Assembly: GCA_964187785.1 (NCBI GenBank)
Contig: OZ076409.1
Span: forward strand, 59,646,001-59,710,000
Source: Amphiscolops sp. MND2022
Lineage: Eukaryota
Direction: 5' to 3'
DNA length: 64,000 bases
The notes beneath the pieces are model-generated. The model was not told where the DNA came from and did no database searches. It worked only from the letters and a program-made list of their open reading frames with translations. The number at the start of each line of letters is the position of its first letter. The stretch's first letter is position 1. Shown here piece after piece: positions 12,601-23,532 of the stretch. The position numbers and the translations under genes were made by a program.

Positions 12601-15374
12601 GTACTCTTTGAAACTAAACGATTTAATAAATCCCAAGTCCGTAAGGATGCTGAAGTATAGAACCATCCCACAATCAGGTGTAATTAGTTTCGGTATACCC
12701 AAGCATAACTTTTTCATTTCCAATAGAAAACTAACAAAATTTCGAACGAAACAAATTGAAAAATCTTGACCGTTTCAGATGCAGGCGATGGATCGAGAAA
12801 TGAACACAGAGGTAGAAACTCGAGTCAAAAAGTACATTGCCCCACGGAATGAGGACTGCTATTACTTTGGCCCAGGGGGCAAGGATTTCTATCCCGAATA
12901 CCTGTGGAGGTAAAAACGACCAATCAGTCAACATGGTGCTTCTTCTTTGTTGAATTAAGTTTAGGGTTTCCCATTTTAGGAGACTTTTGGAGATCCTATA
13001 ATTCATAAACTATGGGCCAGAAAGTTGCCATAAGAGTTTTACAAATGAAAAAAAGTTTGACAGCGCAAAATCCATCAGCATCTAAAAAAACTTCCCTGAT
13101 TCACAGAAATTTCAATATTTGTTTTTGTACTTAGTTTCAATCACCTTGTTCTGAAAATCCACAAAGTTTGATTTCTTTTCAGTGACAATCAGCCTCAACT
13201 TTTCCGATGTATCATTGATTCTGATGACGTCAACAAAAATTTCAACAGAAGAGACAGTAAAGGCGCCACACCACAGATTTTAGTACAAAAGTCAGTCATG
13301 CAACATAAAATAAAACAAGCCGGGAACGGCCCAAGTCGGCGCCATATCTAAGGCTCAAAAAGACTCGAAAACGAAAACCACTTTTTCTACAACTGGAGAC
13401 AACAAAAGCTCTCAAAAAACTAAAAATAGAGAAAAAAATTTTCCGAATTTTTTCCGAAATTTTTTCGAAGTTTCCGGTAGTGCCGAAAAATGTAAAAGGG
13501 GGGACGCTTTGGGATTTTTTGAACATCCATTCTGTTGCAAAATATCAAAAATTGATGGGAGGAACAATAAAAAAATTTCGGAAAAAATCAGTCTCACAGT
13601 GCCGAAAAAAGGAGGAAAGTCTCATAGTGTCGAAAAAAGTGGACCTTCTGCTTTGGAATGGCTTTTCATCTCTTGTTAGAGGCTTTGGATGCGTTGAAAA
13701 TGAAGTACTAAGTACATATGGTAAAAGTGCATTAATGCACAAAAAGTGGACGTTTCGCGTTGAACTGACGAAAAAAAACTAGCCACTGTAAGAGTCGGGA
13801 TTTTCTTCCAAAACGCCGACTAAAAACGTATTTTGTTAATTGAAAAAAATTAACCAGTCGGGAATTACTTACGTCGGCGCCCGGCTCAAGGCTCAATAAG
13901 CGCGACGAATTATCTTATAAAAGCTTTTGGTGTACTAAAGTCTTTTCCTTAACTGAAAGTCGAAGAGCGCAAAGATCTGAAGAGAGTAGCACAATGTCAA
14001 AACACCTCAAAGAAGGGCCATTCGCAACTGCCTAACCTTGTAAGCTTTGTAAAACCATGTTGAACATAAAAAATCATTATTTTTTTTGTATAATCAACTG
14101 GAAGTACTAAATTTTAGTACTAATACTAAATTACTAAATATGTATGGAAAATAGTTTGAAGAATATGAAAGTGATACAATATTCATATCTAAAACAATTG
14201 ATGTCATAAAATGTATGAGTGCATTTTAGTTATGTTCATTTACGAACATTTGAACAAAAAAGTGGACTTTTCCATGCGGCGCTGATTTAAAAAAAAGACG
14301 AGAACGTTTGAAATTGGCGCCACGTTTAGGGCTCAAACAGCGCAAAGTCCACCGTTTCCTGCTTATGAAGAACGCATCCTAGGCACTAGGACAACACGTA
14401 TCCTAACCCAATAAGATACGCTGTTCAAAAAGTGAACCATTTAGTGTGATGTCTGACAAACAAAGAACAACGGGAACGTCTTAAGTCGCTTAGGGCTCAA
14501 AGAGGTCAAATTCTCATTCAAATGCTCAGGAAGGCTTTAAGGAAATAACTTTCAGAGTAGTAAAATCCAAATGGGCACTCTGAAGCCTCGGAAAACGCTT
14601 TTATCTTAAAAAACACCAAAAATACTTTGATGGGTGAAATTTTTTTTCGAAAAAAAGCACAAAGTGCCAAAAACCGCAAAATGGGAACTTATAGGATTGA
14701 AAAACGTCTTTTTCGAAGTTGAAACGCAAGAAAACCCGAGGGTGACCCTTAGATGAAATGAAAAATTTCTCGAAAATATTGGTGCGCCAAAAAACCCAAA
14801 CACAAAGTTTTAGTCAGACATCGAACGGACGGTCATCTGTTTGGTGAAAGCGCGTACTCTTACTACTAGTCTTACTACTAACGAGAGAAAAAAACTATGT
14901 TGAAAAGTGAGCCTTTCCCATAAATTCTGTGGTCTCACGAAACAAACTAGTCACTGTAATTGTCAGTGTTTCAGCCCCAGAGGAGAGTTTATGACTCATG
15001 ATTCAATCAAACGAAACAATCAATATGCCAGGTAAGTTGTTATTTGAATTGTTGTTTTAATCGAAGCTAAAGTGATACAACAAGGGAATCGGTTACAGGA
15101 ATGGATCTGCTCTGCTGTTTTTCAAGAAATTTGAAAAATGCGGTGGACATCTCCTCAGAGAAACTAAATTATTCACCCTGGAATACAGTTTTTGTCTTTC
15201 CGTTTTTAACCTCTGCGTATTTTTAGTCCTTTTTTGCAACGCAGGTCAGGGCGTCAACACAAGAGACCCATGTCAGCTTACGGACCTAGAGAAAGGAAGG
15301 ACCCAATTTCGACTCATTCAGCCGCCATTTCCTTGAATTCGGAAGACGATAACAACAGCTCCTCAGAAGTATGA
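12601..15374 (+). CDS. 3' exons of an unidentified host gene (12601-12640, 12779-12909, 14975-15031, 15245-15374)
   Basis: Four GT-AG-bounded exons with compatible phases splice into one open frame: YSLKLNDLINPKS|MQAMDREMNTEVETRVKKYIAPRNEDCYYFGPGGKDFYPEYLWS|PRGEFMTHDSIKRNNQYAR|SGRQHKRPMSAYGPRERKDPISTHSAAISLNSEDDNNSSSEV*. Confidence 0.65.
13313..13826 (-). mobile_element. HINE/DINE-1-like non-autonomous Helentron-type repeat
   Basis: Subterminal inverted repeats AGTCGGCG/CGCCGACT, GCCG-GGAA-CGGC hairpin next to the T-run end; at least five full copies in the window. Confidence 0.7.
13850..14965 (-). repeat. Three degraded, stacked copies of the same HINE-like repeat
   Basis: Head motif recurs at ~13852, ~14295 and ~14466 (GGGAACG..AAGTCG..AGGGCTCAAA) with tail motifs (AAAAAGTGGAC, ACTAGTCACTGTAAT). 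Confidence 0.5.
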
Positions 15375-16904
15375 TATGATATCAATATTTATGTCTCCGA
15401 ACACTCGAAACATGCATTCGCGCGGATAATACGAAAGAAGCATTGATGCTAAAAGATGCATCCTACATTTTCACTTTTCAAGTAGTTTGAACATTTTTCA
15501 AAAATTTTAATTCTAGTCGTTTATGACGAAGTATTGTGCGAGAATCTGAAAAGTTGTAGTGAACTCTCGTTTATGAAGATTTTTACATAGTCATAAAAAA
15601 ATTGCCGAATTTAATGGGCCACAAAAGTCGCAATAGCATTACAATATTTTCAGTATGATTGGCTTTTTGAAAACAATCCAGAACCTTCCACCTTCATTTG
15701 ATTGACTGAAAAGTATGACTTTTAAAATAACAAAAGTATCTTCATATCTGGCAACGAATGTAAGCCAATATGCATAGAGTTCCAAAAAATCAGTATTTCC
15801 TTTCAATTCGTCCTGGAAAGATCCTATAGAGTTAAAAAATTGGCTTTAACCCACTTTTTTCGTTAAATATGTTATATCAGTAAACGGTAAAATTATGAAA
15901 CGGTAATTGGAAAGCAACAGCTTCAAAACAAGTCGTAAAAAGCGGAAAAATCGAATGGAGGACTTTTCGGGCTAAAAGCTTTTTGTAAATTATAAATCAT
16001 CAAAACAAAAAATATCAAAACAAATAAATCATCATAAAAAACAAAAAGGGGCACCTTTGAAGAAATGTCTTTTCCTCATAAAAGTCACAAGGTGCCAAAA
16101 TTATCTAAAGAAGGGACTCTGTAGGCTAAAAAACTTTTCTTTTTCTCAACTGAAAATATCAATAAAACTGGAAGGAAGAACCTTCCGCGCAAAAAATTTT
16201 TGATCAGAAATAGTTGAAAAGTTCCAAAAAAACTCAAGGGGAATACCCTGTGGTCTTTTCAAATACTGTAAACTTTAAAATGTTTCTCTCCAACACGAGA
16301 TTCGAACCCACCAATTACGTTTTCTCAGCCCCAGCAACGCACATAAATGCGCTATCCACTATGTCAAATCGCCTATGATTTTGTAACAACATCAATCAAA
16401 CATAAATTTTGACTCGAACCTTAAAAACGAACTTGTTGAAACAGACAGAAGGAAAAGAATAACGGCGCTAAAACGAAGAATTTTAGATTTCAAACAAAAC
16501 GAAAAACAATTAACGTCAATTATTGTTCGCAGCACTCAGAACCATGTTTACAATTAAGTCCGAAACATTCCTACTTGAGGGGACGATCTAGATCTCTATT
16601 GTTCGTACCAGGAGATCTAATGCCTTCGGCCCATGCCCAGTCGACAAACGAAACAACCACGGAGACAGGTTACAATGCTTTCGTACTTTTTGGATTCATA
16701 TTTCTGTGCAAACAAGACAAAAGCGCCCCAGTCAAAAGCGTCCCAATTGAATGCGTCGCAAGATTTATTTGCTTTGATTTCGTCTCATGAACTATTTGAT
16801 AATGTTGGTTCAATGCTTCGTTTTGAAATCTTGATTACGATAAGAAATTGTTTGACTCAAATGATTTATTCAATGAGTCACTTCAAATTCACGCAAATAA
16901 AACT

Positions 16905-16965
16905 GGATAGCTCAGTGGTAAAAACTTTAATTGTTGACAATTAGTCATCGAGTTCGATACTAACT
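16905..16965 (+). other. tRNA-derived (SINE-head-like) fragment
   Basis: A-box TAGCTCAGTGG (16908) and B-box GAGTTCGATAC (16950) at tRNA-like spacing; no intact cloverleaf. Confidence 0.35.
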
Positions 16966-17249
16966 GCATGGAATTTTTTCAAGAAAAAGTCTCAGTCATT
17001 GAGATGACCCGGAAACGTGACCCCAGTATCAGAGGGTGTTCCAGGTTGGGGTGAGAGAGAAGCATTTTTTTCACTTTATGGTGACAATTGTTTTTCAGAG
17101 CTGTGGCGGGCGCAGTTTTTGAAAAAATAGGATGTTTCGAAATTCCGGTCAATTTTTCAAACATGACAAACAAAACAACAAAGGAATTCAAAAGTTTATC
17201 TACCGCTGATTCTCAGGAATGCCAGAAATATATGCGCATTTTCTGACAA

Positions 17250-18530
17250 ACACAATGAGGTCTTTCGTGTCGTAGGACTGTACTACTGCAACTAACTTCT
17301 CGGTCATTTTCAGGAACTTCGGTCGAATGACGACTTTTGGTTCCCCAGCAAGAATTTTTTCAAACTTCAGTTCACTGTTTTTCCTATCTTTTTCCAAAGT
17401 TAATTTAGAGAGTCTGGGGTGTTGCCCGTTTACAATCTGAAACGGCCAAATGCCATCCCTCCAAGAAGTTGTTTGTCCCTGGTTTCCCCTGAATTGTACG
17501 TTCATAACACTTCCATGTCTCGATAGGATATCTGGGGATTACTCCCTTCCTTCGCTTTTATTTTCCAATATAATTATCTTCGAAGTAATCCAGGTTGGAC
17601 GGCTTCATTATCGTCATAAATGACCTGTAGGCTCTTGAATCCGAGAACAGCAACTTCTTTTGGGAGAAATGCCAAGCTCTTTTTGAATCTTTGCTTGAAC
17701 CGCACGCTCGTACATTATCTTCGCGTCAGATCAAGCTCGCAACTTGGTGGTAAACGGATTGACCGAGATGAAAGAGACAGTTTTTGATCATGATGCTTTT
17801 GTTTTATCTTTTCAATGCATTTTTAGCAGCTATTTCAAAATCGAGGCTTACGTGTTTTTGATAGTTATTGAAAGCTTGCAGCATTTGATGCAGGTTTCTC
17901 TTTTATTCCATTATAGAAAGAAAGAGGGACCAAATTTGCTTCAACACTGGTCTAAACAGTGTAAAGGTGGAAAGGCGTTTGCGGTCATACGCTGAAAGTT
18001 TCATCGCAGTACCACAAATCTGCGTTATTTAGGGTGTGCAAGTAGTCCGCTGTTGCGAAAATTGGAATCCCTTCAGAATCATCCTCGCCAGTTTTAAACA
18101 GGAGAAATGCTCACAGGAATGTGTTAATTTTCACTCCTCGGGTAAACTGAATTTCAAAGTTTCATCATTTTCATTCTTCGGCTGAGTTTCTTGTTGGACT
18201 CGGTTGACCAGGCGTTGTTTAGAAGGATACGACGGTTCTTGGTCCTGACTCGACACTAACAAATCGCTGAGATGCCAAAAACACTCTTGGGTTTTTCTTC
18301 TGTTAACACTCCTCGGGTTCTAAGTTCATTACGGAATAGTTTCTATTCTACGTTTTCGGGTTGTGGCTCATGGCAATGTTCACTAACATTTTTATTCTCT
18401 TTGCCAACGTTAATTCGACCCCGGCAGTTTTATCCAGACACCTCCATGACTCTGTTTTGTTCTTGAGGTCCCTTGGTTTTCGGCATAAATACCCACAGTG
18501 GAGTGGGTCATAAATGTCTTCGTTTTATTA
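17250..18530 (-). pseudogene. Mutator-like (MULE) transposase relic with N-terminal FLYWCH-type finger
   Basis: Manual translation across frameshifts: WRCLDK-NCRGRI..EHCHEP, LWYCDETF, SLDFEIAAKNAL, CLFHLGQSVY, LAFLP, LDYFEDNYIG, PRYPIETW..TNNFLEGWH. Confidence 0.85.
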
Positions 18531-18799
18531 CTTTTAACAGCGGTGATTTGCGCTTGGCTGGTAGTTGCTATGAGTTTCTTAACAAGTGTATCAGCCTGCA
18601 TTAGGAAACCATCCTCGGAATTAACAGTTTGACTGATATTAAACACGCGTGAAAATGTCACCTTCGGTAATATCTGGCCGCGAGTACGGACAACTAATGT
18701 TGTGCAATTAATATGAAATAGCTGTGAAATCCTTGCAAATATTAGAAAGACGCTTCTGGTTGGGGCGCGTTCGTCGTGTGAAATGAGCAACATTGACTG

Positions 18800-18865
18800 A
18801 GGGGCTGTCGCTTGGGGCACTGTTGCCTGGGGCGTTGTCGCCTGGGGCGTTGTCGCCTGGGTCGC
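18800..18865. repeat. 15-bp tandem repeat (GGGGCGTTGTCGCCT, ~4 copies), possibly MULE subterminal
   Basis: Directly visible, upstream of the MULE relic. Confidence 0.7.
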
Positions 18866-19333
18866 TTTTGTCTAAACGTTACAAACTGTTGTCTTCGCAG
18901 GAGGTAACCCATTTTTGATTGATGTTTGAGTTAGCAATGTAATTTGAACGATTAATTGTAGGCAATCGAAACGTCCTATTAAAAGTAGTAAATCCTTTAA
19001 GTTGTCAAAATTCCTGCAAAAAGACAAAGTTATTTCAGGCTACCGAAAAGCTAAGTACAGGTTTAACTATGAAAGTGCATTGCTTGTTTGGACATGCAGT
19101 TTACAAAAATCACAATGCGCAAAAGTATCTTTGATTTTGATCAGAAATATAAGGGTATTTTTGTTCTGAAGTCGAACAAATGAATAAAATGCTATTTCAA
19201 AATCAATCTCGACGTTTTCTGGAACTTCGTCGGACTTTTCATTGTAATCTCTCGAAAACGTTAGTTTGAAGAAAAAGCTCAAGTTTTTCCTTCATCTTTT
19301 ATATTCATCACCTTTTCTGAAAACGCTTGCTTC

Positions 19334-19911
19334 AAACAATACGGTAACGTTTGAAGTCAGCGCTATATCTAAGTTTTCAAAATTTCAAAAGGGAGACCCT
19401 TTCGGCTTTTTGAAAATCCAGTTTGTTGCAAAGTATCAAAATTATTGGAGGGGGTCCCTTTGGAGATATTAAAAAAATTTCGATAGTTTTTTTGAATTTT
19501 TTTGAAAAAATAACGAAAAATGTGGTTTTTGAAACAGACTCATAATGCCGAAAAACTTGAAAGGAGAGATCCTTCGGGCATTTGAATTTTCAGTTTGCTG
19601 CAAAAAATCAAAAAATTTGAAGGGACGCTTTGGCGACAAAAATATTTCGAAAAAAGGCTCACAGTGCCGAAAAAAATTCAAGATGGGAGCCTATAGTCTC
19701 GTCCGGTTTTGTATCTTACGTTGAATAGGGAGTAAATGAAATGAGGGACGCTTTGCACTATTTTAGATGCGTTTCCGTTTGCCGGGCCAGTAGTTTAGTA
19801 GTTCTGTAAAAGTGTCCACTACGCATACATTCTGTTATCTGACGAAAAAAAAGAAAAAAAACTTGCCACTGTAATAGTCGGGCTCATTTTGTTGATTGCG
19901 CCGACTAAAAA
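19334..19911 (-). mobile_element. HINE-like repeat copy
   Basis: Same head (AAGTCAGCGCTATATCTAAG) and tail (GCCACTGTAATAGTCGG...GCGCCGACTAAAAA) as 13313-13826. Confidence 0.7.
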
Positions 19912-20411
19912 CAGCCAAAAAGATTCGTAAATTTGTCGAAACAATACTGTTTTGGATTAAAACTTAAAGGGTTTGTATTTGGTGACCGCTTTGCTATGTA
20001 AAATTTTAGGAAGTGCGTTTTTTGAAAATAATTTAGAAGACAGAGTCAGAAGAACAAAAATTGTTTTTCACGTTTTTTGTTACAACCCGTGGATGATAGA
20101 CTTCAAAAAATGCCGAAATTTCCAAGTATGCAAAGTGATATAAAATTTGTTTTCCTTTGATTTCAAAGCAAAATAAAACCTTTCATTTGTTATAGAATTT
20201 TGAAACCTTTACTCTTGAATTTTTTTTGAATGATTAAATAAAAAATGGCTGCGCTTTAAAGTTTTCTTTAGCGAAATGCGAAATCGAAATCGTTTTTAAA
20301 ATAGTTTTTTTATTTTTGCTACAGTGTACGCGTGTGAAAACACAATAGAGATTTCAAAAGTGGATTTGAGAAAAACTTACCGTCGGAAAGAACGAGATAT
20401 TTGTGACACTA

Positions 20412-20961
20412 TTTTTAGTCGGCGCTTTCGAAGAAAATGCGCGACTCTCACAGTGGCTAGTTTTTTCTCGTCAGTTCAATGCGATCGGTCCGCTTTTTTG
20501 TTCATTTGTTCAACATCAGCAACTTGAACTACGGACGTCCAAAACATACTCGAAACGCCAGAACCTCGTCCAAAAGAAAAACATCGACGTCCATAACCTC
20601 GAAAACATAGGATCAGCCTTGGGTGTTTTTCACTCGGATTTTTTTCGGCACTACTTTTTTTTTGATTTTTTTGGATTCCACCAAAGGGTCTCCCCTTCGT
20701 TTGTTCCAATATTATGCAACACAATGGATGTCAAAAATCCCAAAGGGTCCCCCCTTTTACATTTTTCGGCACTGTGACACTGTTCAAAATTCTCATTTGA
20801 AAATTTATTATCGGAACTTTTTCAAAAATCTATGTAGGGTCCCCCATTAATTTTTCTCCAAATTTTGCAACCAACTGGAGTTTCACAAAGCCCAAAGGGT
20901 CCCCTCTTTTACAATTTTGAGCCTTAGATATAGCGCCGACTTTGGCCGTTCCCGGCTTGTT
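20412..20961 (+). mobile_element. HINE-like repeat copy, opposite orientation
   Basis: TTTTTAGTCGGCG ... GCGCCGACTTTGGCCGTTCCCGGCTTGTT. Confidence 0.75.
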
Positions 20962-21075
20962 GCTTCTTGTATTTATAAGATCTAGTTGGAATGTCCAGTT
21001 CTAAACACTTTAATTCCGGACTGAAATTCATTGAAACGTTACTCCGAGTGCATTGGTAAAAATTGTTTTTAACAG

Positions 21076-21401
21076 AACCCCAAATTTACAATGTTCCTGG
21101 TAGTTGCGACGTTTCAAATCTACTTCTTGAAACAGATGGCAATCCAGAGGATCTGTTTCAAAAACCAGAAACACGTGACCATAAAAAACAAGATGAAAGA
21201 AACCATGTCTCCATCGTTAAATTGCGTGCAGTGACTGATCAACAGAGTGAGCCGCGAGTTCTGATTGGTCAAGAGAATGAGAAAGAGCTGATTGGAGGAT
21301 TCAAAGTGATGCGGAAGTTGTTCAGAGGCAAATCTGAAGACATCAATGATCTAGAATGTTCTAACAACGCAGTCGTCGATGAACCAATTGAACATGTTCA
21401 C
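21076..21401 (+). other. Candidate isolated coding exon
   Basis: TTTTAACAG acceptor, GTAAGA donor, open hydrophilic frame within ORF 21063-21509; no partner exons identified. Confidence 0.3.
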
Positions 21402-21839
21402 GTAAGATTTTTCGTCCCATTAACTTGTGTTCGTTATCAATTTCGGCCCATATTTCTTATATGGGAAACTTTTTCTCAGCCGACATTTAATGCATTTAAT
21501 TTGCAATAAAAAACTGGTCTTCATACGATTCTTAGCAAAACATATATTAATTACGAAAGGTTCTTGATAGATAGCTCAAGAGGTTCAAAAACTACTTCGT
21601 AGTAAATTTCGATCACAGCTCTGTATGTGCGTTCAACAGAAAAATGCAGATATTATGACTTTACGATCTAGAGACCACAGGGACTGAAATCAAATTTTCT
21701 TTTTGGTTCTGCTCGGATCTATACCACATGTGAATCATCATGTAAACGGCAAAATGGTTCCCGACTCGCAGTGTCAAAAACGGCCCAATGAAAAAAAAAC
21801 TTGAAAGCACCGGCAAGTAGTGAAGAAAATATATCCCGG

Positions 21840-22010
21840 GTTTCCCGACCAGGCCGATCATAATCTGAGCATATTATGGCACCATATAAATCATACAAAT
21901 TTCCTTACTATGATCTTGCCACGATCGACCTGGAACCATATATGGTCCAAAGTATGATCAGCCTGGAGTCATATATAGTCCGGAGTATCATCAGCCTGGA
22001 ATCATAAATT
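21840..22010. repeat. Degenerate ~30-bp minisatellite (CCTGGA.CCATATATGGTCC..AGTATGATCAG)
   Basis: Repeated units, also present at 22430-22560 and 23095-23225. Confidence 0.55.
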
Positions 22011-22178
22011 TCTGTTCCAAACGCGGGTAGACGTGACATGCAACCTAAACAAAAATTTTCAAATATTGAGAACAGCCAGCTTTATAGGCTTAGAGCAATC
22101 GAGCCACATTCGACCTTTTGTATCTCCGAACGATACATTGCAGGTCAGAACTCCGTTAAGCTTTAAGCGGAGTTAAAG

Positions 22179-23513
22179 ACAAACTATAGTCACTCAATTT
22201 GTTCTCAGCCACTCCTTAGTTATTAACTAACTCTTTTGTTATAGCAGTACCCATTTTGCAGTCTGATTTTTGATCAATTCGAGAAAAATTACCAATAGTT
22301 CAAAAACTGCCAAACAATGATGATTGGTTTCAATTTGTTGACTGTATTGGACCTTTGGTTGAGGAATAACCTCGTAATTTCATCAGTGTATGCGTTAACT
22401 GATTACATTATCCTAATTTTTATTTTATGGCCCCAGGTTGACCATACTGTGGGCCATAAAGGTTTATGGTCCCAAGCTGAGCATAGACTGGACCATATAT
22501 GTTCAGAGTATGACCAGCCTGGATTCATACTGTGAATATGATGGCAGAGTATGACTGACCTGTTTTTGTATAATGGGAAACCTGGGAAGATTTTGGTAAT
22601 TCAAAAACTTTTCTCCACATCACAAAACGACAAAAATCAACAGTCCAAATTATCTTCATTTGATCTGAGTAAAAAACTTCAGTACTTGGGGCTCTGCTAC
22701 CCAATACCAACTGTCGTAATTACTCGTTAAAAGTACTTCATTTGAATTGTTTTGAATTCTGCATCAAGAGTAAAGAGATACAACTGATATCACAGAAAAA
22801 AACTCTCAAAAGTTTGGTAACCATTCTCCAACCACTGAATTCACACAAACTATAGTCACTCAATTTGTTCTCAGCCACTCCTTAGTTATTAACTAACTCT
22901 TTTGTTATAGCAGTACCCACTTTGCAGTCTGATTTTTGATCAATTCGAGAAAAATTACCAATAATTCAAAAGCTGCCAAACAATGATGATTGTTTTCAAT
23001 TTGTTGATTGTATTGGACCTTTGGTTGAGGAATAACTTGTAATTTCATCAGTGTATGCGTTAACTGATTACATTATCCTAATTTCTATTTTATGGCCCCA
23101 GGTTGACCATAGTGTGGGCCATAAAGGTTTATGGTCCCAAGCTGATCATAGACTGGACCATATATGTTCAGAGTATGACCAGCCTGGATTCAGGCTGTGA
23201 GTATGATGGCAGAGTATGACTGACCTGTTTTTCAATAATGGGAAACCTGGGATGATTTTGGTAATTCAAAAACTTTTCTCCACATCACAAAATGACAAAA
23301 GTCAACAGTCCAAATTATCTTCATTTGATCTGAGTAAAAAACTGCAGTACTTGGGGCACTGCTACCCAATACCAACTCTCGTAATTACTCGTTAGAAGTA
23401 CTTCATTTGAATTGTTTTGAATTCTGCATCAAGAGTAAAGAGATACAATTGATATCACAGAAAAAAACTCTCAAAAGTTTGGTAACCAATCTCCAACCAC
23501 TGAATTCACACAA
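22179..23513. repeat. Tandem duplication, ~666-bp unit x2 (22179-22844, 22845-23513)
   Basis: Near-identical copies that both start ACAAACTATAGTCACTCAATTTG. Confidence 0.95.
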
Positions 23514-23532
23514 TTCGTACCACAGAAGAAAT

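Noticed and set aside
16905..16965. Functional tRNA gene
   Set aside because: A and B boxes are present but there is no acceptor stem or 7-nt anticodon loop
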